Positions 38,285 through 50,200 of a DNA stretch of 64,000 nt are shown here, piece by piece; the first letter of the stretch is position 1; every line of letters starts with the position of its first letter. The stretch is from a virus: IMG/VR virus record IMGVR_UViG_3300025424_000296, positions 1 to 64,000 of that record; one strand, given 5' to 3'. The notes beneath the pieces were generated by a model. That model was not told the origin of the DNA. It saw only the letters and a list, made by a program, of their open reading frames with translations, and ran no database searches. The translations under genes were made by a program, and so were the position numbers.

Positions 38285-38695
38285 ATGGCTACTCGTAGCA
38301 TTATCGGAATGATGAACGAAGACGGTACTGTTACTGGCATATATGTACACTTTGATGGATATCCCGAAAATAATGGAGCTATTCTTGTCAACAATTATAC
38401 AAACAAAAACAAAATCCTTGAACTTTTGGATCTTGGCAACTTATCTTCGCTTGGCAGTGAAATTGGTAAAACACACGATTTTGATGATCGCAGCCACAGT
38501 GATTGGTGTACTGCTTATGGGAGAGATCGCAGGGAAAACGATACCCGGGCAATTGTATACAAAGATTTCGCAGAATTTCTAGCAGAAGATCGTGGACAAG
38601 ATTACTCATACTTGTATGTAAACGGTGTATGGGAGTGTCGTGATTATGATAAAAAACTCATAAACTTGGATAAATTTAAAGAACAAGCTGCTTAA
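38285..38695 (+). CDS. Phage early protein (MATRS.IG...IYVH.DGYP)
   Basis: AAGGAG RBS; motif typical of large-phage early genes. Confidence 0.8.
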   Translation: MATRSIIGMMNEDGTVTGIYVHFDGYPENNGAILVNNYTNKNKILELLDLGNLSSLGSEIGKTHDFDDRSHSDWCTAYGRDRRENDTRAIVYKDFAEFLAEDRGQDYSYLYVNGVWECRDYDKKLINLDKFKEQAA

Positions 38696-38754
38696 AATCA
38701 GTGACTTATAACTGGTATTTTTTTGGTTGACAACTCCTATTTTGGTGCTATTAT
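38696..38754 (+). promoter_or_regulatory. IHF-like site plus early promoter
   Basis: AATCAGTGACTTA; TTGACA-N13-TGC-TATTAT. Confidence 0.65.
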
Positions 38755-38773
38755 AGTGGTATAAAGCGAGGAG

Positions 38774-39037
38774 ATGATCATGGAACGTACTGTTTTTGTT
38801 ATAGTTGCGTTTACTGTGTGTGTGGTCGCTGGCATAGCCGGTTATACTGTTAAGCAGGAATTTGCTTGGCAGGAGTTTTCAGAACTACATGAGTGTCGAC
38901 TGGTCCATGCAGCACCCGAACACATGACATACCAGTCATCTTTTGATACAGTTACCAAAACAATCTCACTGAAGCCAATTCGTGTTTCCAATGAAAAGAT
39001 TTACATTTGCAATGACGGTAACGAGTACATCCGCTAA
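38774..39037 (+). CDS. Small membrane-anchored protein
   Basis: GAGGAG RBS; N-terminal TM; two Cys in the soluble domain. Confidence 0.65.
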   Translation: MIMERTVFVIVAFTVCVVAGIAGYTVKQEFAWQEFSELHECRLVHAAPEHMTYQSSFDTVTKTISLKPIRVSNEKIYICNDGNEYIR

Positions 39038-39092
39038 AAACGGTTGACAGCTATCCAATCTGTGCTATTATAAGGTATAGAACAAGGAGACC

Positions 39093-39482
39093 ATGATGCT
39101 TACTGTTGCTGAACGTGAGGAAATGCTTAATACCATTAGCGACCTTTCAAAAAGTGCTTACGGCTTCCGTGTTCGCAGGGACTATGCTGCTATGAGTGAC
39201 CTCGAGCTAGAAGCTGAATGGGATTATTTCCTTGAAGTTGCAGACCGTCGTACCCGGGAAGAAGCTGAGCAGGAGGCAATTGCACTAAAGGCATGGAACC
39301 TGCGTATTGCTGCCTTGGCCAAGAATTATGGTATTGGCATCGCTACTGCTGTACAGTGGGACATACAGGCTTCTGATTGTGAAGGTCAAGGTTTTGATTA
39401 CTATATGTGGGACCAAGGCATTGGATTCGAGGATGGTCGCCGCATTGCTCGTGAACTTGGATATTGGAAGGAAGTTGCATAA
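39093..39482 (+). CDS. Phage early protein (ISD..K.AYGFR.R)
   Basis: Own promoter 39044-39071; AAGGAG RBS. Confidence 0.75.
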   Translation: MMLTVAEREEMLNTISDLSKSAYGFRVRRDYAAMSDLELEAEWDYFLEVADRRTREEAEQEAIALKAWNLRIAALAKNYGIGIATAVQWDIQASDCEGQGFDYYMWDQGIGFEDGRRIARELGYWKEVA

Positions 39483-39519
39483 TGAAGCTCTCTAACAATT
39501 TGACAGTAGGAGATCTAGT

Positions 39520-41685
39520 ATGAAGGTTGTTACCTCACCTACAGCCACAGTTGATCATGCTAATGCAAACACCGACCAACAGTTCAGCATCAACTTTGAT
39601 GCTAAAATGGCTCGCATTCTTGCAGACGGATTATATTCTGACAAGGTGCAGAGTGTTATACGTGAGCTGAGCTGCAATGCATATGACAGCCATGTTGAAG
39701 CCGGCAACAGGGATTATTCAATTGAAATTCATCTTCCGACATATGCAGAACCTTGGTTCCATGTCAGAGACTTTGGTGTCGGACTCAGCCATGACCAGGT
39801 AATGAAAATCTATACTCAGTATGGTGCTAGTACCAAGACCAACAGCAATGACGTTATCGGGCAGTTGGGTCTTGGTAGTAAGAGTCCGTTTAGTATCACT
39901 GACTCGTTTACAGTAGAGGCTCGTCAAAATGGCATCGAGAATCACTACAAGATGTACCGCAACGAACAGGGTATGCCTTGTGTTGCGCATCTGCATCAGG
40001 GTCCTACAAGTGAGACTGATGGAGTTACGGTTAAGGTGCCGGTAAACACTAGTATGACAGCAGAGTTTGCGGAAAAAGCTCGCAATGTTTATAAATGGTT
40101 CCCAATCAAGCCCACAGTTGTAGGCGGATCTATAATATATAACTCAGTTGAATATGCATATCGTGGATCAGGTTGGGGTATTGGTAAAGGACCGGAGAGT
40201 AACCGGTATGGATGGTCTCGTAGACACGACAATCCTGTAGCACTGATGGGTCTTGTGGCTTATCCGCTCGATGTAAACAGTATCAAAGACATCACTGATT
40301 CTGCTCGTACTATATTAACAGGTACGCCATTGGTGTTGGAATTTGATATCGGTGAGCTCGAAGTTGCGGCTAATCGCGAAGCTCTTGGGTATGATAGTCG
40401 TACCTGTGCTAATATTAATACCAAATTGTCACAAATGTTAAAAGATCTTGCTACAGATTTTGCTAATCAAATTTCCAGTGCTAAAACACTTTGGGAAGCC
40501 AAACTCAAGTTCGGCGAAATCTTTAGCAAGAGCACATATGCTAATGTGTTTGGTAATGTGTTCAGGGATCACGGATTTACCTGGGGTAGTTTTGAAATCA
40601 ACAACACTGTAATTGATTTCAGTACTCGCAACTACTATCCCATTGACAACAACGGTCATGTTGTAATTGACATATATCAGGCCAATCACCGATATAAACG
40701 CCCTCGAAAGATAATTGCCATCGAAGATAATATTTCGTTTCGATGTGACCCTACCACTGTTATCATGTTCAATGATCTGGACAAAGGTGGATTGAGCCGT
40801 GTAGCTGAATATAATAAGAACACCAGCTATAGAAACGAAATTTGGCTGTTTGGGCCAAGTCCTAGAAAATCTTGGAGTCAGTTACGTGAAGCTCTAGGTA
40901 ACCCAGAAGTCATAATGACCAGTTCTCTCGCCAAGCCAGAGCGTAAGGTATCTGAACGTACTGACATGCTCAAATGGAATGGCGGATTTAGCAACGGTAA
41001 GAAAGCCTGGTTGCAAGTTACTATAGATTTAGATAATGCCGGACACTGCTATTATGTTGAACTAAATGGTTGGGATGTGCAACGAGACGGCAAGTATGTC
41101 AGTGACCTTGGTTGGTATATTCGCGAAGCAAAGGCAGCAGGTATTATACATCCGACATCAGAAGTGTATGCTATGCGTAACAAGAACAAGAAATTGGTAC
41201 GCGAGCATGCCAATTGGAAGGAACTGTTCAGCACCATTAAAAATGGTGTAATGAATAAGATCAGTAAAGGCACACTAGCACAAGAAGTAGCTGATAATGA
41301 GGAATACACTCGCTTGTGCAGCTTATCAAGTTGGAGATTCTGGGAAAGTGGTATTGCTCCGCGAGCTCACGATAGTGTGTTCAAAGACTTCTGTGCTAAA
41401 ATTGATGCAATCAAATCTGTTAACAGGTTGGCTAACTTGGACGCAATCAAGAACTTGGCTAGTCGATATGAAGTTGCCATGGTTAAAGCTGCACCCAGAT
41501 ATGATTTAACCGCAGAATTTGAAAAGGTTAAGAAACACTATCCCATGCTTGATCTTATCCTGGGGCGTATTTCGTCATACAATCGACCAGACTCTGCTAT
41601 GTTAACAACGGTGGGTGACTATATTGACATGGTTGATGCATGTTGGGTGTTCTATGCATTGCAGGATCGAACGGAGGAAGAGTGA
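39520..41685 (+). CDS. rIIA: rIIA-like protein (N-terminal GHKL/Hsp90-type ATPase)
   Basis: IL...LYSDK...VIREL.CNAYDSH, VRDFG.GL, YG.STK..SND.IG.LGLGSKSPF. Confidence 0.85.
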   Translation: MKVVTSPTATVDHANANTDQQFSINFDAKMARILADGLYSDKVQSVIRELSCNAYDSHVEAGNRDYSIEIHLPTYAEPWFHVRDFGVGLSHDQVMKIYTQYGASTKTNSNDVIGQLGLGSKSPFSITDSFTVEARQNGIENHYKMYRNEQGMPCVAHLHQGPTSETDGVTVKVPVNTSMTAEFAEKARNVYKWFPIKPTVVGGSIIYNSVEYAYRGSGWGIGKGPESNRYGWSRRHDNPVALMGLVAYPLDVNSIKDITDSARTILTGTPLVLEFDIGELEVAANREALGYDSRTCANINTKLSQMLKDLATDFANQISSAKTLWEAKLKFGEIFSKSTYANVFGNVFRDHGFTWGSFEINNTVIDFSTRNYYPIDNNGHVVIDIYQANHRYKRPRKIIAIEDNISFRCDPTTVIMFNDLDKGGLSRVAEYNKNTSYRNEIWLFGPSPRKSWSQLREALGNPEVIMTSSLAKPERKVSERTDMLKWNGGFSNGKKAWLQVTIDLDNAGHCYYVELNGWDVQRDGKYVSDLGWYIREAKAAGIIHPTSEVYAMRNKNKKLVREHANWKELFSTIKNGVMNKISKGTLAQEVADNEEYTRLCSLSSWRFWESGIAPRAHDSVFKDFCAKIDAIKSVNRLANLDAIKNLASRYEVAMVKAAPRYDLTAEFEKVKKHYPMLDLILGRISSYNRPDSAMLTTVGDYIDMVDACWVFYALQDRTEEE

Positions 41686-41695
41686 CAGATATGAC

Positions 41696-42358
41696 TTAAT
41701 TGTATCTATTAGGATCTAGCCAGAGGTCGCCTATTAGACTCCCTTGATGATTAATCTTACGAGATTCTAACATATGAAGTAGTATATGTTCCGGTGTCGG
41801 GGCATGATCTATTAGAAAACTTAAATCTCGTTGATTACCATAATTATAAGCAGCATACATAACGTCGGGCGGTGCAACATTAATCCAATCACATATCCCG
41901 TTATCATCTAGTACATCACCTCTAATAGGTATAGGTCTCATAAAAGCGTAAGGTTCTATCCAATTTTTCATATGCTCGCCAAAATCAACATGCACATCTG
42001 TTCTCGAGTTTACAATTCGATCGTAACCTCCTGCCCCTAAGATTATTTCTATCGTTGACTTTATTTGATAATACATTTTATAAACATTTGGTACAGTTGC
42101 ATGTAAACCGTCAAAGTCTCTTCGAGTTATGTATCTTCGTATGTGATCTTCTGTGGGTTCGGCTAGTGCAATAACATTATCATAATATTTTAAATCTAAA
42201 TCGGATACATGATAATCTTTATGGTAAGTCCATGTAGCCAAGTATGAGTGTACTTCATGCCCTGTGTTAATTAACTGATCTAATAGAAATTTACTATTAT
42301 CTAGTACTGAACTGGGATTAGAACGTAGAGGACCTCTGAATATAACTGCTAGCTTCAA
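41696..42358 (-). CDS. Putative glycosyltransferase-like protein (MK.A..F.G.LR...R.D family)
   Basis: N-terminal motif, YD.IV..RTD, PE..L; related to 58547..59296. Confidence 0.65.
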   Translation of the reverse strand: MKLAVIFRGPLRSNPSSVLDNSKFLLDQLINTGHEVHSYLATWTYHKDYHVSDLDLKYYDNVIALAEPTEDHIRRYITRRDFDGLHATVPNVYKMYYQIKSTIEIILGAGGYDRIVNSRTDVHVDFGEHMKNWIEPYAFMRPIPIRGDVLDDNGICDWINVAPPDVMYAAYNYGNQRDLSFLIDHAPTPEHILLHMLESRKINHQGSLIGDLWLDPNRYN

Positions 42359-42454
42359 TAAATTTCTCCAATTTTATGTATCATTTAGTATAAAATTATT
42401 GATTAATGGTGTCAAATTGCGATATATATTTGTAGTTAACCCAGGGGATTATTC

Positions 42455-43168
42455 ATGCAACTTACTCCAGAGCAAGTAAAAGTACTGCAAGCAGCTCGCT
42501 TACATTTTTGTATTCCGTGTTACGGCGGTCAAATAAACGAAGGCTGCTTTATTAGCATGTTAAAATATATGGCCACTGCTCAACGTCTCGGATTGAACTT
42601 TACCATTGACACTATGGTAAACGAAAGCCTGATTCCTAGAGGACGTAATAGTCTAGTAGCTAAGTTTCTACACTTCGAACCAAAGAGTACACACTTAATG
42701 TTTGTTGATGCTGATATCGGATTTGAGCCAGAAGAAATTTTCAAATTGATCTTAGCTGATAAGGATGTATGTGGCGGACTTTATCCTAAAAAAGCACTTC
42801 CAATTAGTTATGTAGTAAATAAAGTTCCAGACGCCAAGAAAGAAGGCAATATGGTTGAAGTACTTAATATAGGCACTGGTTTCATGCTTGTTAAACGTAG
42901 CGCAATTGAATCAATGATTGCTAAACATCCAGAACTACATTATCAGGATAACATTGGATTAGATCCAAAATATGCACCGTTTAAATACGCATTGTTTGAC
43001 ACTGAGATTGACCCAGAAACAAAAGAATATTTGAGTGAGGATTATTTGTTCTGTAAGCGTTGGAGAGCGATGGGCGGACATATTTGGGCAGATTTAACGA
43101 TAACACTAACACACATGGGCTATCATAGTTTCAGAGGCGATGCAACATTACTACAACCTCATTTGTAA
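42455..43168 (+). CDS. GT-A glycosyltransferase-like protein
   Basis: PCYGG, NESLI.R.RN, MFVDADI, GTGFML, YLSEDY.FC.RW...GG.IW.D. Confidence 0.85.
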   Translation: MQLTPEQVKVLQAARLHFCIPCYGGQINEGCFISMLKYMATAQRLGLNFTIDTMVNESLIPRGRNSLVAKFLHFEPKSTHLMFVDADIGFEPEEIFKLILADKDVCGGLYPKKALPISYVVNKVPDAKKEGNMVEVLNIGTGFMLVKRSAIESMIAKHPELHYQDNIGLDPKYAPFKYALFDTEIDPETKEYLSEDYLFCKRWRAMGGHIWADLTITLTHMGYHSFRGDATLLQPHL

Positions 43169-43547
43169 ACAAGTAAATAACCATGAGTTAATTGAGTATT
43201 CTATTCGATTAACTCATTCTCCTAGAATTACCGTTAAATATTTAAAAGAAGGAAAATATTCTGACTTCTTTCAAATGTTATCCGTGCATATAAGCAGTGA
43301 TGAACCTCGACAATTGCTATGGCATGTAGTAAATCAAAAATCAGAAGTTCAATTGTGTGCATGCGGTAAGCCACTAAAATGGGTTCGAAGTTTACAAAGA
43401 TACAGAACTACATGCTCACCTGCTTGTGCTGGGAAGAATAAGTCCGATCAATTTTCAAAAAAAGAAAAAATAAAAAAAGTTCCGTACTATAAAGACCCTG
43501 TTCGACTTGCTGCTGGTCAAAGCAAATGGGTTTTAACAATAAAATGA
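43140..43547 (+). CDS. Zn-finger protein, probably a truncated endonuclease-associated domain
   Basis: C.CG.......Y...CS..C motif; ORF ends without a nuclease domain. Confidence 0.45.
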   Translation: MQHYYNLICKQVNNHELIEYSIRLTHSPRITVKYLKEGKYSDFFQMLSVHISSDEPRQLLWHVVNQKSEVQLCACGKPLKWVRSLQRYRTTCSPACAGKNKSDQFSKKEKIKKVPYYKDPVRLAAGQSKWVLTIK

Positions 43548-43558
43548 GGGTTGCGACT

Positions 43559-43717
43559 ATGATTGAATGGTTTAAATCTACTAAACTAGGTCAATGGTTT
43601 ATGAAGCATAAATGGGCTAGACGCGGTGCGCTAGCCTTTTTGGCTTTTCAGCTGCTTAAAAGTACAGCTTGGACTGTGTTTTTTATCATGTTGTATTTAG
43701 GCTATATTAAACACTAA
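43559..43717 (+). CDS. Small membrane protein
   Basis: GAGG RBS; hydrophobic C-half. Confidence 0.5.
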   Translation: MIEWFKSTKLGQWFMKHKWARRGALAFLAFQLLKSTAWTVFFIMLYLGYIKH

Positions 43718-45697
<1,980 letters not shown>

Positions 45698-45775
45698 TTA
45701 CCAATATTTAGCTCGTAACATTACAAGTTTGTTAAGCCTGATACTTGACTAACAGATTAGATCCATAAATAAAAG

Positions 45776-46210
45776 ATGAGTACATATGTAGAATGGCCAA
45801 TACCATATGGCATAAATTTGATAACAGAACTAGCACCAGATAACTATTATCAAATAGCACGTAGCCAAACGGCTGTTTTCCCATTTAAAATGTCTGGCTA
45901 TTCTGCTGTAAGAGTAGATGCAGGGCATAGCAGCTTCTATGATAATCAACAAGGTACACTGTCAGTATGGGCAAGTGATCAAGTAAATGGAAGAAGTATT
46001 ACAGGTTATCCAAATTCTAATTTAACTAGAATACAGTTACAAGGATCTGGATCTAGTTGGTTGTTTCATAAATTGGGCGCAGATTTATCAGCCTTTCAAA
46101 ATGCCACAATAACACAATGGATCAATCCAATCCAAACATACTATATGTGTTTTCAAAATCTTGAAAATAAGGATAATGGATTATATGCTAAGTTTACTTA
46201 CATAATCTGA
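45776..46210 (+). CDS. Hypothetical late (structural?) protein
   Basis: TAAATA directly upstream; beta-rich. Confidence 0.65.
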   Translation: MSTYVEWPIPYGINLITELAPDNYYQIARSQTAVFPFKMSGYSAVRVDAGHSSFYDNQQGTLSVWASDQVNGRSITGYPNSNLTRIQLQGSGSSWLFHKLGADLSAFQNATITQWINPIQTYYMCFQNLENKDNGLYAKFTYII

Positions 46211-46227
46211 GAACTTATAATGCTCAT

Positions 46228-47037
46228 ATGAGCAATGATCATTTCCTACATTCAATTACAGTGTTAGATACAGAAACTACCAACTTGATACCTGAACTAG
46301 CAGAAGTAGTTGAAATTGCTGCGGCAAGATGGACCAAAACTGGTTGGAATATAGATTCTCTACTATTAGGCGCAGTGAATGGTATTCCGCCAGAAGCCAG
46401 CGCCAAAAATAATATTAGTAATAAAATGATTGACGGATTGCCAACATTTGCAGATTCAGCTGATAGTATCATCAAATTATTAAATTGGACAACCAGTAAC
46501 TATTATGTGGCACACAATGCCAAATACGATCGTGCTGTATTATCACATGCATGGAAAGGTACAACACATCAAAAAGCTGCAAAAGAGTGTGATGATCAAT
46601 CCAAATGGTTATGCACATGGAGACTTAGTCAGCACATACTACGACACGAGTTTACAGATTGTGAATATGGATTAAATTATTTAAGATATAAACTAGATTT
46701 AACTGTTAAAGATGATATTCAAACACATAGAGCTGGTGATGATACACTACTTTGTGCTACACTATTAGATTACCTAATAGCTGCTGCTATTAAAAATCGA
46801 CAAATTGATCCAGAGGATGATGTATTACGTCAATTAAATGAATTATGCTGGAGACCAATTATTCAAACCACTTGGCCGTTTGGTAAATATCGCGGTAAGC
46901 TGTTAACAGATTTACCAAATGACTATTATGCCTGGGCATTTGCTAACATACCGTCATTGAACGAATCGTCGACAGATTTTAATAGTGATTTAGCAGAAAG
47001 TGTTAGATTAGTGTTGGAAGAAAGATTATCTGATTGA
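46228..47037 (+). CDS. DEDDh 3'-5' exonuclease (ExoX-like) with C-terminal PFGKY domain
   Basis: LDTET, VAHNA.YD, HRA.DD, PFGKYRG. Confidence 0.9.
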   Translation: MSNDHFLHSITVLDTETTNLIPELAEVVEIAAARWTKTGWNIDSLLLGAVNGIPPEASAKNNISNKMIDGLPTFADSADSIIKLLNWTTSNYYVAHNAKYDRAVLSHAWKGTTHQKAAKECDDQSKWLCTWRLSQHILRHEFTDCEYGLNYLRYKLDLTVKDDIQTHRAGDDTLLCATLLDYLIAAAIKNRQIDPEDDVLRQLNELCWRPIIQTTWPFGKYRGKLLTDLPNDYYAWAFANIPSLNESSTDFNSDLAESVRLVLEERLSD

Positions 47038-47062
47038 TACTATAACTATATTGGGTGTTATT

Positions 47063-47245
47063 ATGACAGAACCTGCTGAAAAAATTCGAGAAGAACATGA
47101 TAAACAATTTCTATTAGACATGGCCGAAATTGTTTGGTTGCAGGTAAAAGGATATCCTATACCCAATTGTTATTCAGAAGAAGATAGATTAGATATATTT
47201 GCTAGATACTATCACCGGGCTGTTTCTCAGTCACAGGGAGAGTGA
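47063..47245 (+). CDS. Hypothetical protein
   Basis: ORF track. Confidence 0.55.
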   Translation: MTEPAEKIREEHDKQFLLDMAEIVWLQVKGYPIPNCYSEEDRLDIFARYYHRAVSQSQGE

Positions 47246-47291
47246 TAGCAAGCTTTAACTAAATATGTGCATCATATCTTGGAGATATCTG

Positions 47292-50200
47292 ATGCGCAAT
47301 TATGTTAGTAAAAATACTACATCTAACTCAAACACATATGTAGGATCACACGGCGAGTTAACAGTAGATCCGGTTACATTATCACTTAGAGTACACGATG
47401 GGTCAAGTCCGGGCGGTTTTCCAATAAGCGGTGGTAGCGGATTAGGAAACCTAACTGTAGCTGATCAGACCGTATCCCCATCAAACGACCACGATATTGT
47501 GCTAGGTGGTGGTAGTTTTGGGCACGGTTCCGTAACCATGCAAAATCAAGCTGCTGGTGGTAATGTTGTAATTTCAACAACAACACAAGATTGGATCAGT
47601 TCCTACGGTGTTTTACCAGTCAATTCTACAGCAGACATATTTGGAACCAGTGTGGCATTAGATGCAGATGTCAACATATATACCATAGGGTCAGATACCA
47701 GTGGTGCTAAGCATGGATACATATTAAAATATCAACCAGATGGCACTCAAGCGTGGCAAAAACAAGTCAATCTGTCTAATAGCGCAGGCGAAAGTCTTGC
47801 AGTAGATTCGGGTGGTAACGTTTGGGCACTATTTACTAACTATTCAGATGCCAGCTTCAATGTTTATAAATTAGATCCAACTGGAACTGTAGTAAGCCAA
47901 TGGGCTGTAGCAAGTTCCCCACAAACCAGCTATGGTTATGACCTAACACTGGATTCTGCTGACAATGTTATTGTTACTGGTAGAACGTATACCGTTAATA
48001 ATACATTTGCCAATATCACATCTGCAGCACCGAGTGGTGTGCTGGGTACTATATTAATAAATCCATCAGTTTTTGGTACTGAGATACCTGCAAATGACGG
48101 GTCGTGGACCATGACAGGTACTGGTATCAGTGGCACAGCTAGTGTAACAGCAGTTGTAGTAAGCTCTAACATTTCAGTAACCATTGACCAACGTGTTAAT
48201 TTTAGTACCGTCGGGGGTTCGTGGACATTAACTCACTATCGTAACGGTGATGTTGTTATCATAAAGTTAGATACACATGCTAATCAAATTGCATGGCAGT
48301 GGGCATTTGGTAATAATTATGCCGACTACGGATATGGTATCACAGTTGATTCTGGTGATAATGTTATTGTTACAGGTAACATAGCAGATCCAACATTACC
48401 ATATTATAATCGTACCCTTGCAGCAATTAAGTTGAATACTAACGGAAACATATTATGGAAAAAGGTGTTTACTCAGGTTGATTCTGGTACACCGGGATAC
48501 GCAACAGGATACGGCGTAACTGTTGACAACTCGGATAACATTTACATATTAGGTGAAACAAATCCGCTCAATGAAAATGATCAAGTTCTAATATTAAAAC
48601 TGGATTCTAATGGTAGTATAGTTTGGTCAAAGACACTTTATGCTGCTGGAACATTCGCGTACGGTACTGGTATAGGATACAGCCAATATGATGGCAGATT
48701 GTATATAACCGGAGTGGATCAAGGAACACAAATTTATGTCGGCGTTGGGTGTTTAGATACAGACGGTAATGCAATCTGGGAAAGAATTTTATCCTATAAT
48801 CCGGATAATGTAACAGAAAAATACTATACAAACGGTCATAAAGCTATTGCTGTCGACCGTGACCACTTGGTGGTAACAGGTTATTATTACGGAACAGATG
48901 CTAATCAATTTACAATTAAATTACCTGTAGACGGTAGTGGCATAGGTACATACGGTGATTGGTCATATGTGCCAGGATTTTTTGCCATAGTGGATAATTT
49001 TGCTAATATAACCGGAACTGATTTAACAACAAATCCGGTAGCAACCGGATTAACAGTTAGTATTCCCACAAACTCTACTGTTGATTTATCATACAGTGAT
49101 CAACTAATACAGTTACCTGATCCAACAAATGGGTTTGTTGCTCCTAGTATCATATCTAATATTGTTCAAACAAATGAAATCAAAGGTAATACTGATTTAA
49201 TTTTAACAACACCAAGCAATGTTTTAATTACAACAGGTCGAGAAACATTTATAATTGGTGTAAATGGTAGCTTGACATTGCCAGCAGGTGGTGATATCAA
49301 AGACAGCAATAATAACAGTGTATTATTCAAAGCTAATCAAAGTGTTAACACAAACAGTTCAGTAATATTTTCTAATGTTATAGTATCTAGCAATTTAACA
49401 GTTCAAGGAACAACCACAACTGTTAATCAAAGTGTGTTGAATATTGCGGATAACAAAATAACATTGAATAGTGGACAAACAGGTACTCCCACACAAAATG
49501 GTACTTTTGAAGTAGATCGTGGATCTAGCCCAAATACCAGCATACGTTGGAATGAGTCTACTGGAAAGTGGGAACAGACTCGTGACGGTAACACATATGT
49601 TGTATTACCTATTAACACATCAGAACTTGCAGAAGGTACAAACCTATACTTTACCAGTGCAAGAGCAAGAAGTGCGATTAGTGTTACAGGTAGCGGTAGC
49701 TACAATAGTTCAACTGGTGTTATTACAATATCTGGAGGAGTTACCAGTGTTAATACACAAACCGGTGCAGTTACACTAACCACAACTAACATAAACGAAG
49801 GCACTAATTTATATTTCAGTAACGCAAGAGTAAGAAGTGCATTGGTAGCAGGCACCGGAATTAATTACAATAGCGGTACTGGCAGTATTAGTGTAATCAA
49901 CGGTGTTTATACAACGGACACAGGCACGGTTACAAATACCATGTTAGCTGGTAATATTGCTGTTTCTAAGATAACTGGACTAGCTGTATCAGCAACAACA
50001 GATACTACAAATGCTAGCAACATTACAAGCGGTACATTACCTAATGCAAGATTAAGTAGTATTCCTAATTCAGCTTTAGCTAACGTTGCAGTAACAATTG
50101 GTACAACTTCAGTTAACCTAGGCTCTGCTTCAACAACATTAACTGGTTTAACCACAGTTAACATAGGATCAGCAGTTGCTAACTTGTATAATACTGCACC

